64,000 nt of DNA from contig OZ244937.1 in assembly GCA_965222075.1 (NCBI GenBank), positions 576,001 to 640,000 of the forward strand, written 5' to 3'. Both the position numbers and the translations under genes were made by a program. Positions 41,007-51,455 of the stretch are shown piece after piece; the stretch's first letter is position 1, and each line of letters starts with the position of its first letter. Origin of the DNA: Candidatus Latescibacterota bacterium (GTDB lineage: Bacteria; Latescibacterota; UBA2968; GCA-2709665). A model generated the notes under the pieces. The model ran no database searches, was not told the origin of the DNA, and worked only from the letters and a program-made list of their open reading frames with translations.

Positions 41007-42566
41007 GGGTGTAGCCTCGTTTTTACGCTGCGATTCTGTGAATTGTTATAGGTGTGGTTTGCTGCAGGTACCAGTTCCAGAAAGCATCCCATCGTTTCGA
41101 TTGAACGAGGACTCGTAGGTTGAGGATCCGCTGGCCGCCTTCTCGAGTCCAGCGCATGCCGCTTCTTTTAAGCCGGTGGCCAACGATGGTCTTGGCAGCG
41201 GCCTCCACAGGGCCACTGGCAATGATCAACCCCAAGGCGTGATAGCGAGCGTATTCCATTTTGTCCCGGTTGTTGCGGAAGTAGCCCAGTTCGACGCTCG
41301 CTTGGCGATAGCGTTTTGATCCGCTTGGCAGTTTGCGGCGGTGGTAGGATAGGGAGCGGATCAGGCCCTTTATGGCATTGGGTTCATGGCGCAATTTGTG
41401 CCGCCAAGATCGGTACCAGCGATCTGCTTTCGCCGAGGCCTTGCCGAAAAGATGCTCGGCGGCCTTGGACAGGTGGTGCGCTGCGTGATAGAAGTCCAGA
41501 ATGCGGGTGAACCCGTCGAACACACTTTGCTGGTCTACAGTATGCCAGATCGCTCGTTTGCCGTCGGCCAACACGACCCGGTGGTCATAGCTTCCCTGCT
41601 GCAAGGCCTTTGCCGTCTGGTCCACCAAGCCGTTGACCAGGGTCTCCATCTTCGTCTCGGGCATACGCGCGGCATAGCGCACGTCAACGCGTTGGGGCTC
41701 TTCCGTCTCCGGATGCAGCGGCGTCAGGTAGGTGGCGACCATGCCCACACCCGCCTCCTTCCAGGCCGTGGGCGCGCTGTTGGTGTCCCTATCCATCGGT
41801 CGTTGGGGTGGACGCCCGCGCTTGGGCGCTGGTTCCCGCAAGGGCACGGTGACCCCGTCCCAACTCACCACCAGGGTGTCGGCTTGGGCATTTAGGGGCG
41901 CCGCCTCTTGCAAGGCCAACTCGAGCTGTTGGGTACCGTCCTCGGCACACTGCCCGACGGTGGTCAACAGGTGCTGAATCGCGGTGCGGGAAGGCGGCTC
42001 GGGCAGCACTTCAGCCAAGCTGTCCTCCACTTCGGCCGGGACCAGGCGGGCACTTAGAAACGCCGTCACGCGCTCCAGCGCCGGTACCATGAAACGATTC
42101 ACCATGCCGCAGCGCTCATCCAAAGGCACCCGGCTTGCCCCGCCCCGGTCGTGCTGATACAGCCGTCGTGGCATCACAACCTTGCCCCACAGGGTCATCC
42201 ACTCCTTGTTGACCACTTGCTTGAATCGGTATACCCGATCCTCACTTACCACCGTCTCGTCCGCGATCTCACAGGCCTGCGCCAGGTGTTGGAACCCAGC
42301 CCGACCGATGTCGTCCAAAGAGGCTCGAAGCTCGTCCATCACCTCGCCGAATGCCTCTGGTCCTGATTGCTCCGACTGCAGGTGTTGCTCCCACTGGAGG
42401 ACATTTTCTTGCAATTTCGCTATACAAGCACTCAGATTCTGTGTATCTTCCATCTGGGACCCCCTTCCGGGTTTTGGGCTTAAGTGTATACACCCAAAAA
42501 TACATTCGTACCCGGATTTGGGGGCCCTCTTTTTGAAAAAAGCTGCGTAAATCAAAACCTACACCC
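41007..42566 (-). mobile_element. Insertion sequence, ISKra4/ISLre2-like (Mutator-type DDE), 1560 bp
   Basis: Imperfect terminal IRs GGGTGTAG-N7-TTTACGCWGC; 8-bp TSD TTTCTATG at 40999-41006 and 42567-42574. Confidence 0.92.
41023..42453 (-). CDS. ISKra4-like DDE transposase
   Basis: VSWDG, LADG, LDFYHA..HL, SGPVEAAAK..VGHRLKRSGMRW; likely start MEDTQ at 42453. Confidence 0.88.
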   Translation of the reverse strand: MEDTQNLSACIAKLQENVLQWEQHLQSEQSGPEAFGEVMDELRASLDDIGRAGFQHLAQACEIADETVVSEDRVYRFKQVVNKEWMTLWGKVVMPRRLYQHDRGGASRVPLDERCGMVNRFMVPALERVTAFLSARLVPAEVEDSLAEVLPEPPSRTAIQHLLTTVGQCAEDGTQQLELALQEAAPLNAQADTLVVSWDGVTVPLREPAPKRGRPPQRPMDRDTNSAPTAWKEAGVGMVATYLTPLHPETEEPQRVDVRYAARMPETKMETLVNGLVDQTAKALQQGSYDHRVVLADGKRAIWHTVDQQSVFDGFTRILDFYHAAHHLSKAAEHLFGKASAKADRWYRSWRHKLRHEPNAIKGLIRSLSYHRRKLPSGSKRYRQASVELGYFRNNRDKMEYARYHALGLIIASGPVEAAAKTIVGHRLKRSGMRWTREGGQRILNLRVLVQSKRWDAFWNWYLQQTTPITIHRIAA

Positions 42567-44576
42567 TTTCTATGTATGGTCCGATGTATTCTCATGTCCC
42601 GATTGCACTTATTCCTCAAGTTTATTCGAATTTGCAGTAGACCAATCTACATACAAGCTAAAGAATAGTTTTCTCTGTCCTTCGTGTAACGCTGAGCTTG
42701 CCAAGGAGAATCTGGACCGCGTTTGGACGACACAAACTAGGCAGGTTGGTGATGGGTTCGCAAAGGTGGCGAAATGCCAACTTGTACAAGTCTGCGCAAA
42801 ATTTGGTGACCGCACCGTTCGATTTTCTCCAACGCAGTATGACCGTGATGTGCTCAAATCTGCCGAACGAAGGGGATTCGATTGGGTCCCTAAAAAAGAA
42901 TTTCCACTTGGTCGGCAAACGCGCAAAGTAAAATCAGGCTCAGGAATAGCCACAATCGCACAGATGTTTACACCTCGTGCGCTTGCTATTATTAGTCGTG
43001 CTTGGAGTCAGATCACTGAGGTAGAACGGAGCGCTTATAATTCCCCGGCTCTCTTCTTGCTTTCTTCAACTCTAACACTTCTCTCGAAACGAGAACGCTA
43101 CCGAGATGGAACAGGAAAGGGGGCGCAGTCGGGAACCCTTTACGTTCCGTCGCTTCAGATAGAGAAGAATGCGTTTGACGTTATCGAGAGAAAGAGAAAA
43201 ACGTTTGCGGCGCTGAACCTCAAGACGAAGCGGTGCAACGCAGTCGTCACCTGCCAATCTCACAACGACCTACGAAACATAGCGTCAAATTCAATTGACT
43301 ACATCTTCACTGATCCACCGTTCGGTGAATCACTCCAGTACGGCGAGCTCAATTTCTTTCATGAGGCCTGGTTCCGTATTCACACTCGGTTGGAGAATGA
43401 TTGTGTACTTAACTACGTTCATGAGAAGGATTTAGAATTCTACAAGAGGCTAATGTCCGGAGCTTTTGGCGAGGCATATAGAATCCTCAAGCCAGGAAGG
43501 TGGATAACTGTAGAGTTCCACAACTCACAAAACAGTGTATGGATAGCAATACAAGAAGCTCTTTGGCATGCAGGATTCACTATCGCTGATGTTCGAGTAT
43601 TGGACAAGAAGCAAGGCACATTCAATGTTGTTAATCGAGCTGGTGCCGTTAAACAAGACCTCGTGATTTCTGCTTACAAACCGAACGGCGGTTTGGAGGA
43701 ACGTTTCAAGATTACTGCCGGGACGGAAGATGGACTATGGGACTTTGTCCGAACCCACCTGAAACAGCTTCCGGTTTTCGTTTCCAAGGACAGTCAAGCT
43801 GAAGTCATTGCGGAACGGCAGAACTTCCTACTCTTCGACCGCATGGTGGCTTTCCATGTCCAGCGTGGTGTAACGGTTCCCATGTCAGCAGCGGAGTTCT
43901 ACGCTGGCCTGGAACAACGCTTTCCTCTGCGCGACGGTATGTATTTCCTACCCGACCAGGCTGCGGAGTACGACAGAAAACGGATGACGGTCAAGGAGGT
44001 TCTCCAGCTTCAGTTTTTCGTTTCCGACGAGACATCGGCCATCCAGTGGCTCAAGCAGCAGCTTACCAAGAAGCCCCAGACCTTCCAGGACATCCATCCG
44101 CAGTTCCTGAAGAAAATTGGCGGCTGGCAGAAGCATGAAAAGGCTCTGGAGCTTTTCGAACTGCTGGAGCAGAACTTCCTGTGCTACGACGGCAGGGGCG
44201 AAGTGCCCAGCCAGATTCATAGCTACCTCTCCTCGAACTTCAAGGAGCTGCGCAATCTTAAAAAGGACGATCCCGCGCTAAAGGCAAAGGGTAAGAACCG
44301 CTGGTACGTGCCCGATCCGAACAAGGCCGGTGACCTGGAGAAGCTCCGCGAACGAACCCTGATGCGCGAGTTCGAGGAGTACCGTGAATCCAAACAGAGA
44401 CGCCTGAAGGTGTTTCGCCTCGAAGCCGTCCGCGCTGGATTCAAAAAGGCATGGCAGGAACGCGACTACACCACCATCATCGCCGTAGCTCAAAAAATAC
44501 CCGAAAACATTCTACAGGAAGACACCAAGCTTCTTATGTGGTACGACCAGGCGGTAACACGAACGGGAGATGAGGC

Positions 44577-47345
44577 ATGAAAGAGCGGAGATGGAACGGT
44601 GCGCGATGGTGGAAGTGTGATTTTCACACGCATACCCCGGCCTCCAACGATTATGGAAAGGGCCAGAATCAGACGGCTCTTCAGAAACGATCCGCTAAGG
44701 AATGGCTGCTCGACTATATGCGTGCCGGCGTCGATTGCATTGCGATCACAGACCATAACACCGGGGCGTGGATTGATTGTGTCAAGGTAGCACTCGGTGA
44801 ACTCGAATCAGAGAATCCGGAGGGTTTCAGACCGCTTCACGTTTTCCCGGGCGTGGAGATTTCGGTCAGCGGCGGCGTACATCTATTGGCAATTCTGGGG
44901 TGCGATAAGAAAACGTCGGACATCGACTCACTGCTCGGTGCCGTTGGATTTCCTTCTGAACACAAAGGTTCAAGCGACGCCGTCACAACAAAGTCGTTTA
45001 TTGATGTGGTCGAAACGACCGTATCGAACGGTGGCATCCCAATTCCCGCCCATGTGGATGAAGAAAACGGGCTTTTTCGATTCCAGGGGACGACATTACA
45101 GCAAATATTGCAGTGCAAGGACATTTTCGCCATAGAGCTACGGGATCCGGCGTATCAGAAACCACAGCTTTACGTCAGCGAAAAACTGCGCTGGACTGAA
45201 ATACTCGGCTCGGACGCCCATCATCCCTCTGGTGGCGCGGGACGGTCATATCCGGGCAGTCACTTCACCTGGATCAAGATGGGGTCGCCCAGTATTGAGG
45301 GGGTGCGGTTAGCCTTATTGGACGGTGCGCTTTCCGTACGCCGGTCCGACCAGGATACGGATGACCCAAACGAACACGCGCCGTTTGCGTTGGATTCTAT
45401 TGAGGTTTCACAAGCACGCTACATGGGTCATTCCCAATCCTTCACTATTGGGTTCAACCCCTGGTTCAACGCTATCATCGGAGGCCGGGGCACAGGTAAA
45501 TCGACTGTTGTCGAGTTCCTTCGTATTGCCCTTCGACGGGAGGCTGAATTGCCGGAGACGTTGCAACCGGAGTTTGAACAGTATAACCGAGTCTATCAAG
45601 ACCGAGAAGACAGCGGACTGCTTACAGAAGATGCTGCCATCCGAGTGATTTGTCGGAAAGACGGCGACCGGTTTCGCGTCCAGTGGAATTCGGTCGGCGA
45701 CCTTGAACCTATCGAACGAGAAGTAAATGGACAATGGCGACGTACAGAAGGCGATATTCAGCAACGATTTCCCGTGCGAATCTACAGCCAGAAGCAAGTG
45801 TTCCAACTTGCCAAAACGCCGCTTGCGTTGCTTAAAGTTATCGATGAGGCCCCCGATGTCGATCAGCATTCCTGGTCTGAAAAATGGAAGATACAGGAAA
45901 GCCGGTTTCTTTCCCTGCGCGCCAGAGCCAGAGAAATCACGGCAGGTCTTGCAGAGGAACCGCGTCTTCGGGGGGAGTTGGACGACGTCAAACGAAAGCT
46001 GGATATCTTTGAACAGTCGGGACACGCCGAGATCCTTAAGGCCTTTCAAGAACGGACCCGCCAACAGCGAGAGGTCGCGGAGTGGGAAAAAAGCTGGACT
46101 GGTGTAGGAACGCGGTTGCGTAAAGTCGCGGCCTCAATCGTGCCGGATCATTTGGATGAGACCTCTTTCAACTCAGATTTAGCCTCAGACCATGAATTGC
46201 GAGGGCGCGCCGCCAAGACGCACAACCACTTGGATGAAATCCGCAAATCGGTCGAAGATCTTGCATCGAAAGCGGATAAAGTTGTCGCCGAGTGGCGAGA
46301 AAGCAAGGATGATTCATCTTGGAAACAGAGCGTTGATGCTGCCACGCAAGCCTACCAGGAATTGACAGAGAATCTGTCTCAAAAAGGGGCCGGCGACCCT
46401 GCGGCTTACGGCGAATTCGTACAGCGTCGGCAAGTCATTGAGCAGCGGCTGAAGGAACTGGACGAGCGAAAAAAACAGGTTGATGATCTGAACGGTGAGG
46501 CAGATACGTGCTTGCAGCATTTGCTGGAAATTCGCCGGGAGTTGACTGCGTCTCGACGAAAGTTCCTCAAGGCCGTCCTGAGCGGCAACCAGTATGTCCA
46601 GATACAGGTTGTTCCTTATGGAGCGTACGAAATGGTCGAAAGCGAGTTTCGACGATTACTCCAAAGAGGAGACGGAGGTTTTGAGAAAGACATCGGGTCG
46701 CCGAATGGCGGGGGATTGCTTGGTGAACTTTATAGGAACGGCAATGGTGCCGAGGATGTTGAACAGAATCTTGCGAGCATCAAGGACAAGATCAGGAAGA
46801 TTATCTTGAAACAATACGATACGGGAGCATTGGCAGACAAACGTTTCGCGACCCACATTGACAGACTCCCGCCCGAAGCCATTGACCGCCTCGACCTGTG
46901 GTTTCCGGAAGATTCTTTAGAGGTTCAATACAGCGCAATGGGCGATGGACAGCGTTTCCGGTCAATACAGGAAGGCTCGCCCGGCCAGAAGACCGCGGCG
47001 CTCCTGGCTTTTCTGCTTTCCTACGGTGATGAACCACTGATTATGGACCAGCCGGAGGACGATTTGGACAACCACCTGATCTATGACTTGATCGTAACCC
47101 AATTGCGGGAGGTCAAACGCCGTCGACAGGTCATTGTGGTCACGCACAACGCGAATATCGTCGTCAATGGTGACGCCGAATTGGTAGTAGCCCTCGCCGC
47201 GCGTGGCGGGGAAACACAGAAAGAGTGCGAAGGCAGTCTGCAGGAGCAACAGGTAAGAGAGACGATTTGTGCAGTGATGGAGGGTGGACGCAAGGCCTTT
47301 GAAGATCGCTACCGGCGCATCGCACTGGAAGGACGCCATGTTTAA
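44577..47345 (+). CDS. PHP phosphoesterase fused to coiled-coil ABC/SMC-like ATPase (Ppl/TrlF-like)
   Basis: PHP motifs DFHTHT, ITDHN, GVEI, AHVD, GSDAH; Walker A GGRGTGKS, signature SPGQ, Walker B MDQPEDDLD, H-loop VTHN. Confidence 0.85.
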   Translation: MKERRWNGARWWKCDFHTHTPASNDYGKGQNQTALQKRSAKEWLLDYMRAGVDCIAITDHNTGAWIDCVKVALGELESENPEGFRPLHVFPGVEISVSGGVHLLAILGCDKKTSDIDSLLGAVGFPSEHKGSSDAVTTKSFIDVVETTVSNGGIPIPAHVDEENGLFRFQGTTLQQILQCKDIFAIELRDPAYQKPQLYVSEKLRWTEILGSDAHHPSGGAGRSYPGSHFTWIKMGSPSIEGVRLALLDGALSVRRSDQDTDDPNEHAPFALDSIEVSQARYMGHSQSFTIGFNPWFNAIIGGRGTGKSTVVEFLRIALRREAELPETLQPEFEQYNRVYQDREDSGLLTEDAAIRVICRKDGDRFRVQWNSVGDLEPIEREVNGQWRRTEGDIQQRFPVRIYSQKQVFQLAKTPLALLKVIDEAPDVDQHSWSEKWKIQESRFLSLRARAREITAGLAEEPRLRGELDDVKRKLDIFEQSGHAEILKAFQERTRQQREVAEWEKSWTGVGTRLRKVAASIVPDHLDETSFNSDLASDHELRGRAAKTHNHLDEIRKSVEDLASKADKVVAEWRESKDDSSWKQSVDAATQAYQELTENLSQKGAGDPAAYGEFVQRRQVIEQRLKELDERKKQVDDLNGEADTCLQHLLEIRRELTASRRKFLKAVLSGNQYVQIQVVPYGAYEMVESEFRRLLQRGDGGFEKDIGSPNGGGLLGELYRNGNGAEDVEQNLASIKDKIRKIILKQYDTGALADKRFATHIDRLPPEAIDRLDLWFPEDSLEVQYSAMGDGQRFRSIQEGSPGQKTAALLAFLLSYGDEPLIMDQPEDDLDNHLIYDLIVTQLREVKRRRQVIVVTHNANIVVNGDAELVVALAARGGETQKECEGSLQEQQVRETICAVMEGGRKAFEDRYRRIALEGRHV

Positions 47346-48594
47346 CAGCCTGGAAGAACTGCTGCAGAAGATACGCCTTGGAGAAGATACTTCGCTGGAA
47401 CTCAAGGCCGTCCGGTTCAGGGGCGGGCGGGTTTCCGATCCGAGTCGCAATGCTCTGGCCGACGAGCTGGCGGCTATCGCCAATACGCACGACGGTGTGC
47501 TTGTTCTGGGTGTGGACGACAAGACGCGAGACATCGTCGGCATTCCGATAGATGGCCTCGAAACCGTTGAACGCTATGTCTATGAAATCTGCAATGAGAG
47601 CATCAAACCGCCTGTTTTGTTCCGCTCGTTTCGCATGCAACTTCCCGACAGTACCGGTGCTTTGCAAGCGGTGCTCAAAATAGAGATTCCACGCAGTCTT
47701 TTCGTTCACAACAGTTCAGGGAGATATTTCTATCGGCAAGGAAGTTCAATACGAGAGATGCCCTCCGATTACCTGGCACGGCTGTTTCAGCAGCGAAGCC
47801 AGGCCCGCTTGATTCGATTCGAGGAACAGCCGGTACCGCAATCGGGTATCGACGATTTATCGGAAAAACTGTGGACCAACTATACATCACGATCCGATGA
47901 ATCCGATGACATCGTGCTCCTTAAACGCGGTCTTTTGTCGAAGGAAGAAGGCGGTGCAGTGCGGGCTTCGGTCGCCGGTGTTTTGTTCTGCTGCGGGGAG
48001 CCAGAGCGCTTTTTGCCCAATGCCTATATTGAAGCCGTGCGCTATCGCGGGAAAAAGCAGGATTCCAATTATCAGGTAGACGCCCAAAAAATTTACGGCC
48101 CGCTGAATCAACAGATTGAACAAGCAATGACCTTTCTCAGGAAAAACCAGACGGTCTCAGCCGTAAAAATTCCGCATCGGGTCGAAGTGCAGCAGTTCAG
48201 CGAAAGAGCGGTTTTTGAAGCGATTGTCAATGCTGTGGCTCACCGCGATTATTCCATTTTCGCCTCGAAAATACGGTTCTTTATGTTTGAAGATCGGTTG
48301 GAAATCTACTCGCCAGGCACTCTCCCGAATACCGTGACCATTGACAGCATCTCCCTCCGTCAGGCTACCCGAAACGAACTGATTACCAATCTGCTTGCAG
48401 AGACGTCAGTGGCGGAAACGGTCGGCAATGTGGGACGTAGTTTTTATATGGAAAAGCGGGGCGAGGGTGTTCCAATCATTTTAGACGAGAGTGAAAAACT
48501 TTCCGGAAAGAAGCCAGTTTATCGACTTATTGACGACTCCGAACTGTTACTAACCATTTTTTCGGGGAGTATGGAACGTGCGGATGAGCATTGA
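47338..48594 (+). CDS. Schlafen/AlbA_2 domain plus HATPase_c_4 (RecG-C-like) protein
   Basis: GEDTSLELK, AAIANT, LVLGVDD; EAIVNAVAHRDY, LEIYSPG, RN, MEKRGEG. Confidence 0.85.
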   Translation: MFNSLEELLQKIRLGEDTSLELKAVRFRGGRVSDPSRNALADELAAIANTHDGVLVLGVDDKTRDIVGIPIDGLETVERYVYEICNESIKPPVLFRSFRMQLPDSTGALQAVLKIEIPRSLFVHNSSGRYFYRQGSSIREMPSDYLARLFQQRSQARLIRFEEQPVPQSGIDDLSEKLWTNYTSRSDESDDIVLLKRGLLSKEEGGAVRASVAGVLFCCGEPERFLPNAYIEAVRYRGKKQDSNYQVDAQKIYGPLNQQIEQAMTFLRKNQTVSAVKIPHRVEVQQFSERAVFEAIVNAVAHRDYSIFASKIRFFMFEDRLEIYSPGTLPNTVTIDSISLRQATRNELITNLLAETSVAETVGNVGRSFYMEKRGEGVPIILDESEKLSGKKPVYRLIDDSELLLTIFSGSMERADEH

Positions 48595-48627
48595 TGCAAG
48601 CGGTTGATGTTCAGGATCGGATGCACA

Positions 48628-50634
48628 ATGAGTAACTGGCGCGACCAGATCCTAAAAGAATTTACTCCCAACGTAGCCCCTCTGACCCTGGTCGCCGACC
48701 CTGATGGGCTGCTTTTGGAAGAAGGTATTCTTGCGGGTATACGCGAGCGGGGCTTTGAACTGATTCCGTTCGAGGACCCTATCGCCTTTCGGTATGCCTA
48801 CGAATCCAGGTTCCGTTCCCGCTGGGACCAGGGTGAGCAGACGGACTTGGTGGTCGTACTGCACTCCGCGGCGAGCGATCTCAACTGCTTGCCATACGAC
48901 CTGCTCCAAGCCGGTCGTCGGCTGTCGTTCAGCCTTGGCGAGATTTTTCCCAACCTGAGCTACCCCATTATTACCGCCCTGGACCGTAGAGATCTGGACG
49001 CGCTCTACGAAGCTCAGAAGCGGCACGCTCCCGGTGTGCTGGGCGATAACGCCACAAAGGAATTTGTTCTGCGGCATGTTTTCGAAATTGCACCGGAGCT
49101 CATCAGAAAGCCGTCCGATCTGCTGCGCGTGCTCCTGCGTCGCCATTACCGGAAACAGCGCATCCCGGCTCTGCTTGATGAACGCTTTGTTCAGGTTCTC
49201 CGCCAACAGGACGGTTTTGATGATTGGCCCCTCGAAACGATCATCCCGGATCGGGAGGCTTTTTTCGCCTTTCTCCAGGAACGCTGGCCCACCTTTCTCA
49301 ATCGGTCGGCAAAACAGGATAGCACTGGTGTTCACGAGGATGAGAAACCCTACGGCTTTGAGTTCCCCGGTCCTTCGGATTTGCCCTTCGACCATGATGA
49401 CATTCGTGTCTACATCGACAACCTGTTCCTTGAAGGGCTTCTCGAACCCGTACCCCACGAGCAAGCCGAATCCTTGTCGAACTCCTGGCTCGCCATTGGC
49501 ATCCGGACGGACGACCAGGCGGACCGGACGCGCCGGGTGGATGGTCTCCTCAAAGCCTTGGCATCCGACATTCCGAAGGAGGACACGCGGCACGACGACT
49601 GGTTCCGCTTCGCCGGAACCTGGGCCGAACTGGTTGTTCTGGCTCTGGATTCGGATGCGATGTTGCCGGAGCCAGCCCGTCAGAAGATAGAAGCGCTCCA
49701 AGCTCAAATCGATGCCACGCTCCTGCCCTGGCTGACAAAACGCTACGCGGGGTTAGCCAACCTGCCGCCGGTTCCGCCGGTCATGCTTCACCACATTCCT
49801 CGCTTTCTTTCCAGGCACATCAACGACGCCAAGAAACACAAGGTGGCGCTCGTCCTGGTGGACGGCCTTTCGCTGGATCAGTGGATCGTAATCCGAAAGG
49901 AGCTTGCCAGGCAACGCCCCAAATATCGGTTCCGGGAAAACGCAGTGATTGCCTGGATTCCGACCATCACGTCTGTTTCGCGTCAGGCGGCCTTTGCAGG
50001 AAAGCCACCCATCTATTTTCCGAACAGCATCCATACGACGGACAAAGAGCCGGCATTGTGGGCGCAATTCTGGGTGGACCAGGGGTTGACACAGCAAGAA
50101 ATCGCATACGCCAGGGGGCTGGGTGACGGCCCCCTGGAAAGTGTGGAGGAGATTGTTGCCCGGCCAAGGACACGCGTCGTCGGTCTGGTTGTCGATAAGG
50201 TGGACAAAATCATGCACGGCATGGAACTCGGCGCTGCGGGGATGCACAACCAGGTCCGACAGTGGGCCCGTCAAGGGTTCATAGCGAATCTTGTCGATCT
50301 GCTTCTGGAAAACGGATTCCGTGTCTACCTGGCTTCGGATCATGGAAACATCGAGGCGGCCGGGTGTGGCCGTCCTGCTGAGGGAGCCGTTGCCGACGTG
50401 CGCGGTGAGCGCGCTCGAATTTACCCCGAACCATTGCTGCGCGATCAGGTCAAAGAGCGATTTCCAGAAGCTATTGATTGGCCACCAATTGGACTGCCGG
50501 AAGACTATTGGCCTCTGCTCGGCCCCGGCCGCTCCGCGTTTGTACGTGAGACCGAGCGCCTTGTCGGTCACGGCGGAGCATCGCTTGAAGAACTGGTCGT
50601 CCCTCTTGTTCAAATCGAAAGGAGGGACACATGA
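48628..50634 (+). CDS. pglZ: BREX type 3 phosphodiesterase PglZ
   Basis: WRDQILKEF..TLVADPDGLL, LVLVDGL, PTITSVSRQ, ASDHGN, HGGASLEE. Confidence 0.92.
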   Translation: MSNWRDQILKEFTPNVAPLTLVADPDGLLLEEGILAGIRERGFELIPFEDPIAFRYAYESRFRSRWDQGEQTDLVVVLHSAASDLNCLPYDLLQAGRRLSFSLGEIFPNLSYPIITALDRRDLDALYEAQKRHAPGVLGDNATKEFVLRHVFEIAPELIRKPSDLLRVLLRRHYRKQRIPALLDERFVQVLRQQDGFDDWPLETIIPDREAFFAFLQERWPTFLNRSAKQDSTGVHEDEKPYGFEFPGPSDLPFDHDDIRVYIDNLFLEGLLEPVPHEQAESLSNSWLAIGIRTDDQADRTRRVDGLLKALASDIPKEDTRHDDWFRFAGTWAELVVLALDSDAMLPEPARQKIEALQAQIDATLLPWLTKRYAGLANLPPVPPVMLHHIPRFLSRHINDAKKHKVALVLVDGLSLDQWIVIRKELARQRPKYRFRENAVIAWIPTITSVSRQAAFAGKPPIYFPNSIHTTDKEPALWAQFWVDQGLTQQEIAYARGLGDGPLESVEEIVARPRTRVVGLVVDKVDKIMHGMELGAAGMHNQVRQWARQGFIANLVDLLLENGFRVYLASDHGNIEAAGCGRPAEGAVADVRGERARIYPEPLLRDQVKERFPEAIDWPPIGLPEDYWPLLGPGRSAFVRETERLVGHGGASLEELVVPLVQIERRDT

Positions 50635-51413
50635 ACGGACGGAAAACTCAGATCGGCTTCAGCCAACGTATCCGACTTGAGTGGTTCGAACAAACAGCCA
50701 ATTTGATACTTGCTGGGAACGACAAGACCATAATCAACGATACACTCCAGGATCTATTGCGGGACAAGGTATCCGTCGGTGGTAAATCCATTAGGGGCAA
50801 CAGGGAAAGGGTAATTACTATTCTGTTGAAGACTTGGCTCACCGTTTCTCGTGAACTGGAACAGCTACGGGACGAGGGCCTGGAAATACTCCAGGGTCTC
50901 CCCCGCAAAGACAGAATTGCTGTTCACTGGGCTATGGCGCTGGCAGCTTATCCCTTTTGGGGCGTGGTCGCCGCGCACACGGGCAGGCTCTTGCGGCTTC
51001 AAGGAACAGCCGCGGCAGCGCATGTTCAGCGACGGATCAAGGAGGAATACGGAGAACGCGAAACCGCATCACGGGCTGCTCGGCGTGTGCTTCGTTCGTT
51101 CATCGATTGGGGTGTCTTGAACGAGACGAATGACAAAGGCGTCTATGAACAAGGGAAACAATACTCGGTTGAGGAACCCAGGCTCATCGCCTGGATGGTG
51201 GAGGCGTCTCTCCGTGCTCGTTCGAACGGTTCTGCCGCTATAAGAGACCTGCTAGACAGTCCAAGCATCTTTCCATTCCACCTGGCCCACATCTCAGCCG
51301 AGCATGTGGCATCCCTCTCACCTCGCCTGGATATCCTACGGCACGGTCTGGATGATGATCTTGTGATGCTGTGTGAAGAAGGTCAGGCCGGCGTGAAGAG
51401 AGGGGCAAAATGA
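50631..51413 (+). CDS. brxA: BREX type 3 BrxA-like protein
   Basis: QIGFSQRIRLEW, AAYPFW, YGERET..RAARRVLRSFIDWGV; terminal operon position, ATGA overlap. Confidence 0.7.
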   Translation: MNGRKTQIGFSQRIRLEWFEQTANLILAGNDKTIINDTLQDLLRDKVSVGGKSIRGNRERVITILLKTWLTVSRELEQLRDEGLEILQGLPRKDRIAVHWAMALAAYPFWGVVAAHTGRLLRLQGTAAAAHVQRRIKEEYGERETASRAARRVLRSFIDWGVLNETNDKGVYEQGKQYSVEEPRLIAWMVEASLRARSNGSAAIRDLLDSPSIFPFHLAHISAEHVASLSPRLDILRHGLDDDLVMLCEEGQAGVKRGAK

Positions 51414-51455
51414 CCTTTACTGTCTGCCCTTCAGAGCAGATGGGGTGGGAGTGGA

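Larger units (their letters stand above)
40220..44580 (+). pseudogene. pglXI: BREX type 3 DNA methyltransferase PglXI, interrupted by an IS
   Basis: N-half: ALSDPPYYTACPNP, HSYHTKVPHKA, SAM motif DGFGGTG. C-half: catalytic IFTDPPF, WYVPDP. Excising the IS plus one TSD restores GRALFYVWSDVFSCPDC in frame (about 930 aa). Confidence 0.88.

Noticed and set aside
40220-41014. 264-aa and 698-aa ORFs as two independent methyltransferases
   Set aside because: They are halves of one pglXI split by the IS, as shown by the TSD and in-frame rejoining.
48595-48627. RLMFRIG segment as a vestige of the brxHII C-terminus
   Set aside because: Too short to support without an alignment.
35584-51413. Prophage or ICE suggested by the excisionase-like gene
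   Set aside because: No integrase, att repeats, or structural or conjugation genes seen.
51420-51443. CTGTCTGC...GCAGATGG hairpin at the right island edge
   Set aside because: Weak resemblance to the element family; could be chance or a weak terminator.
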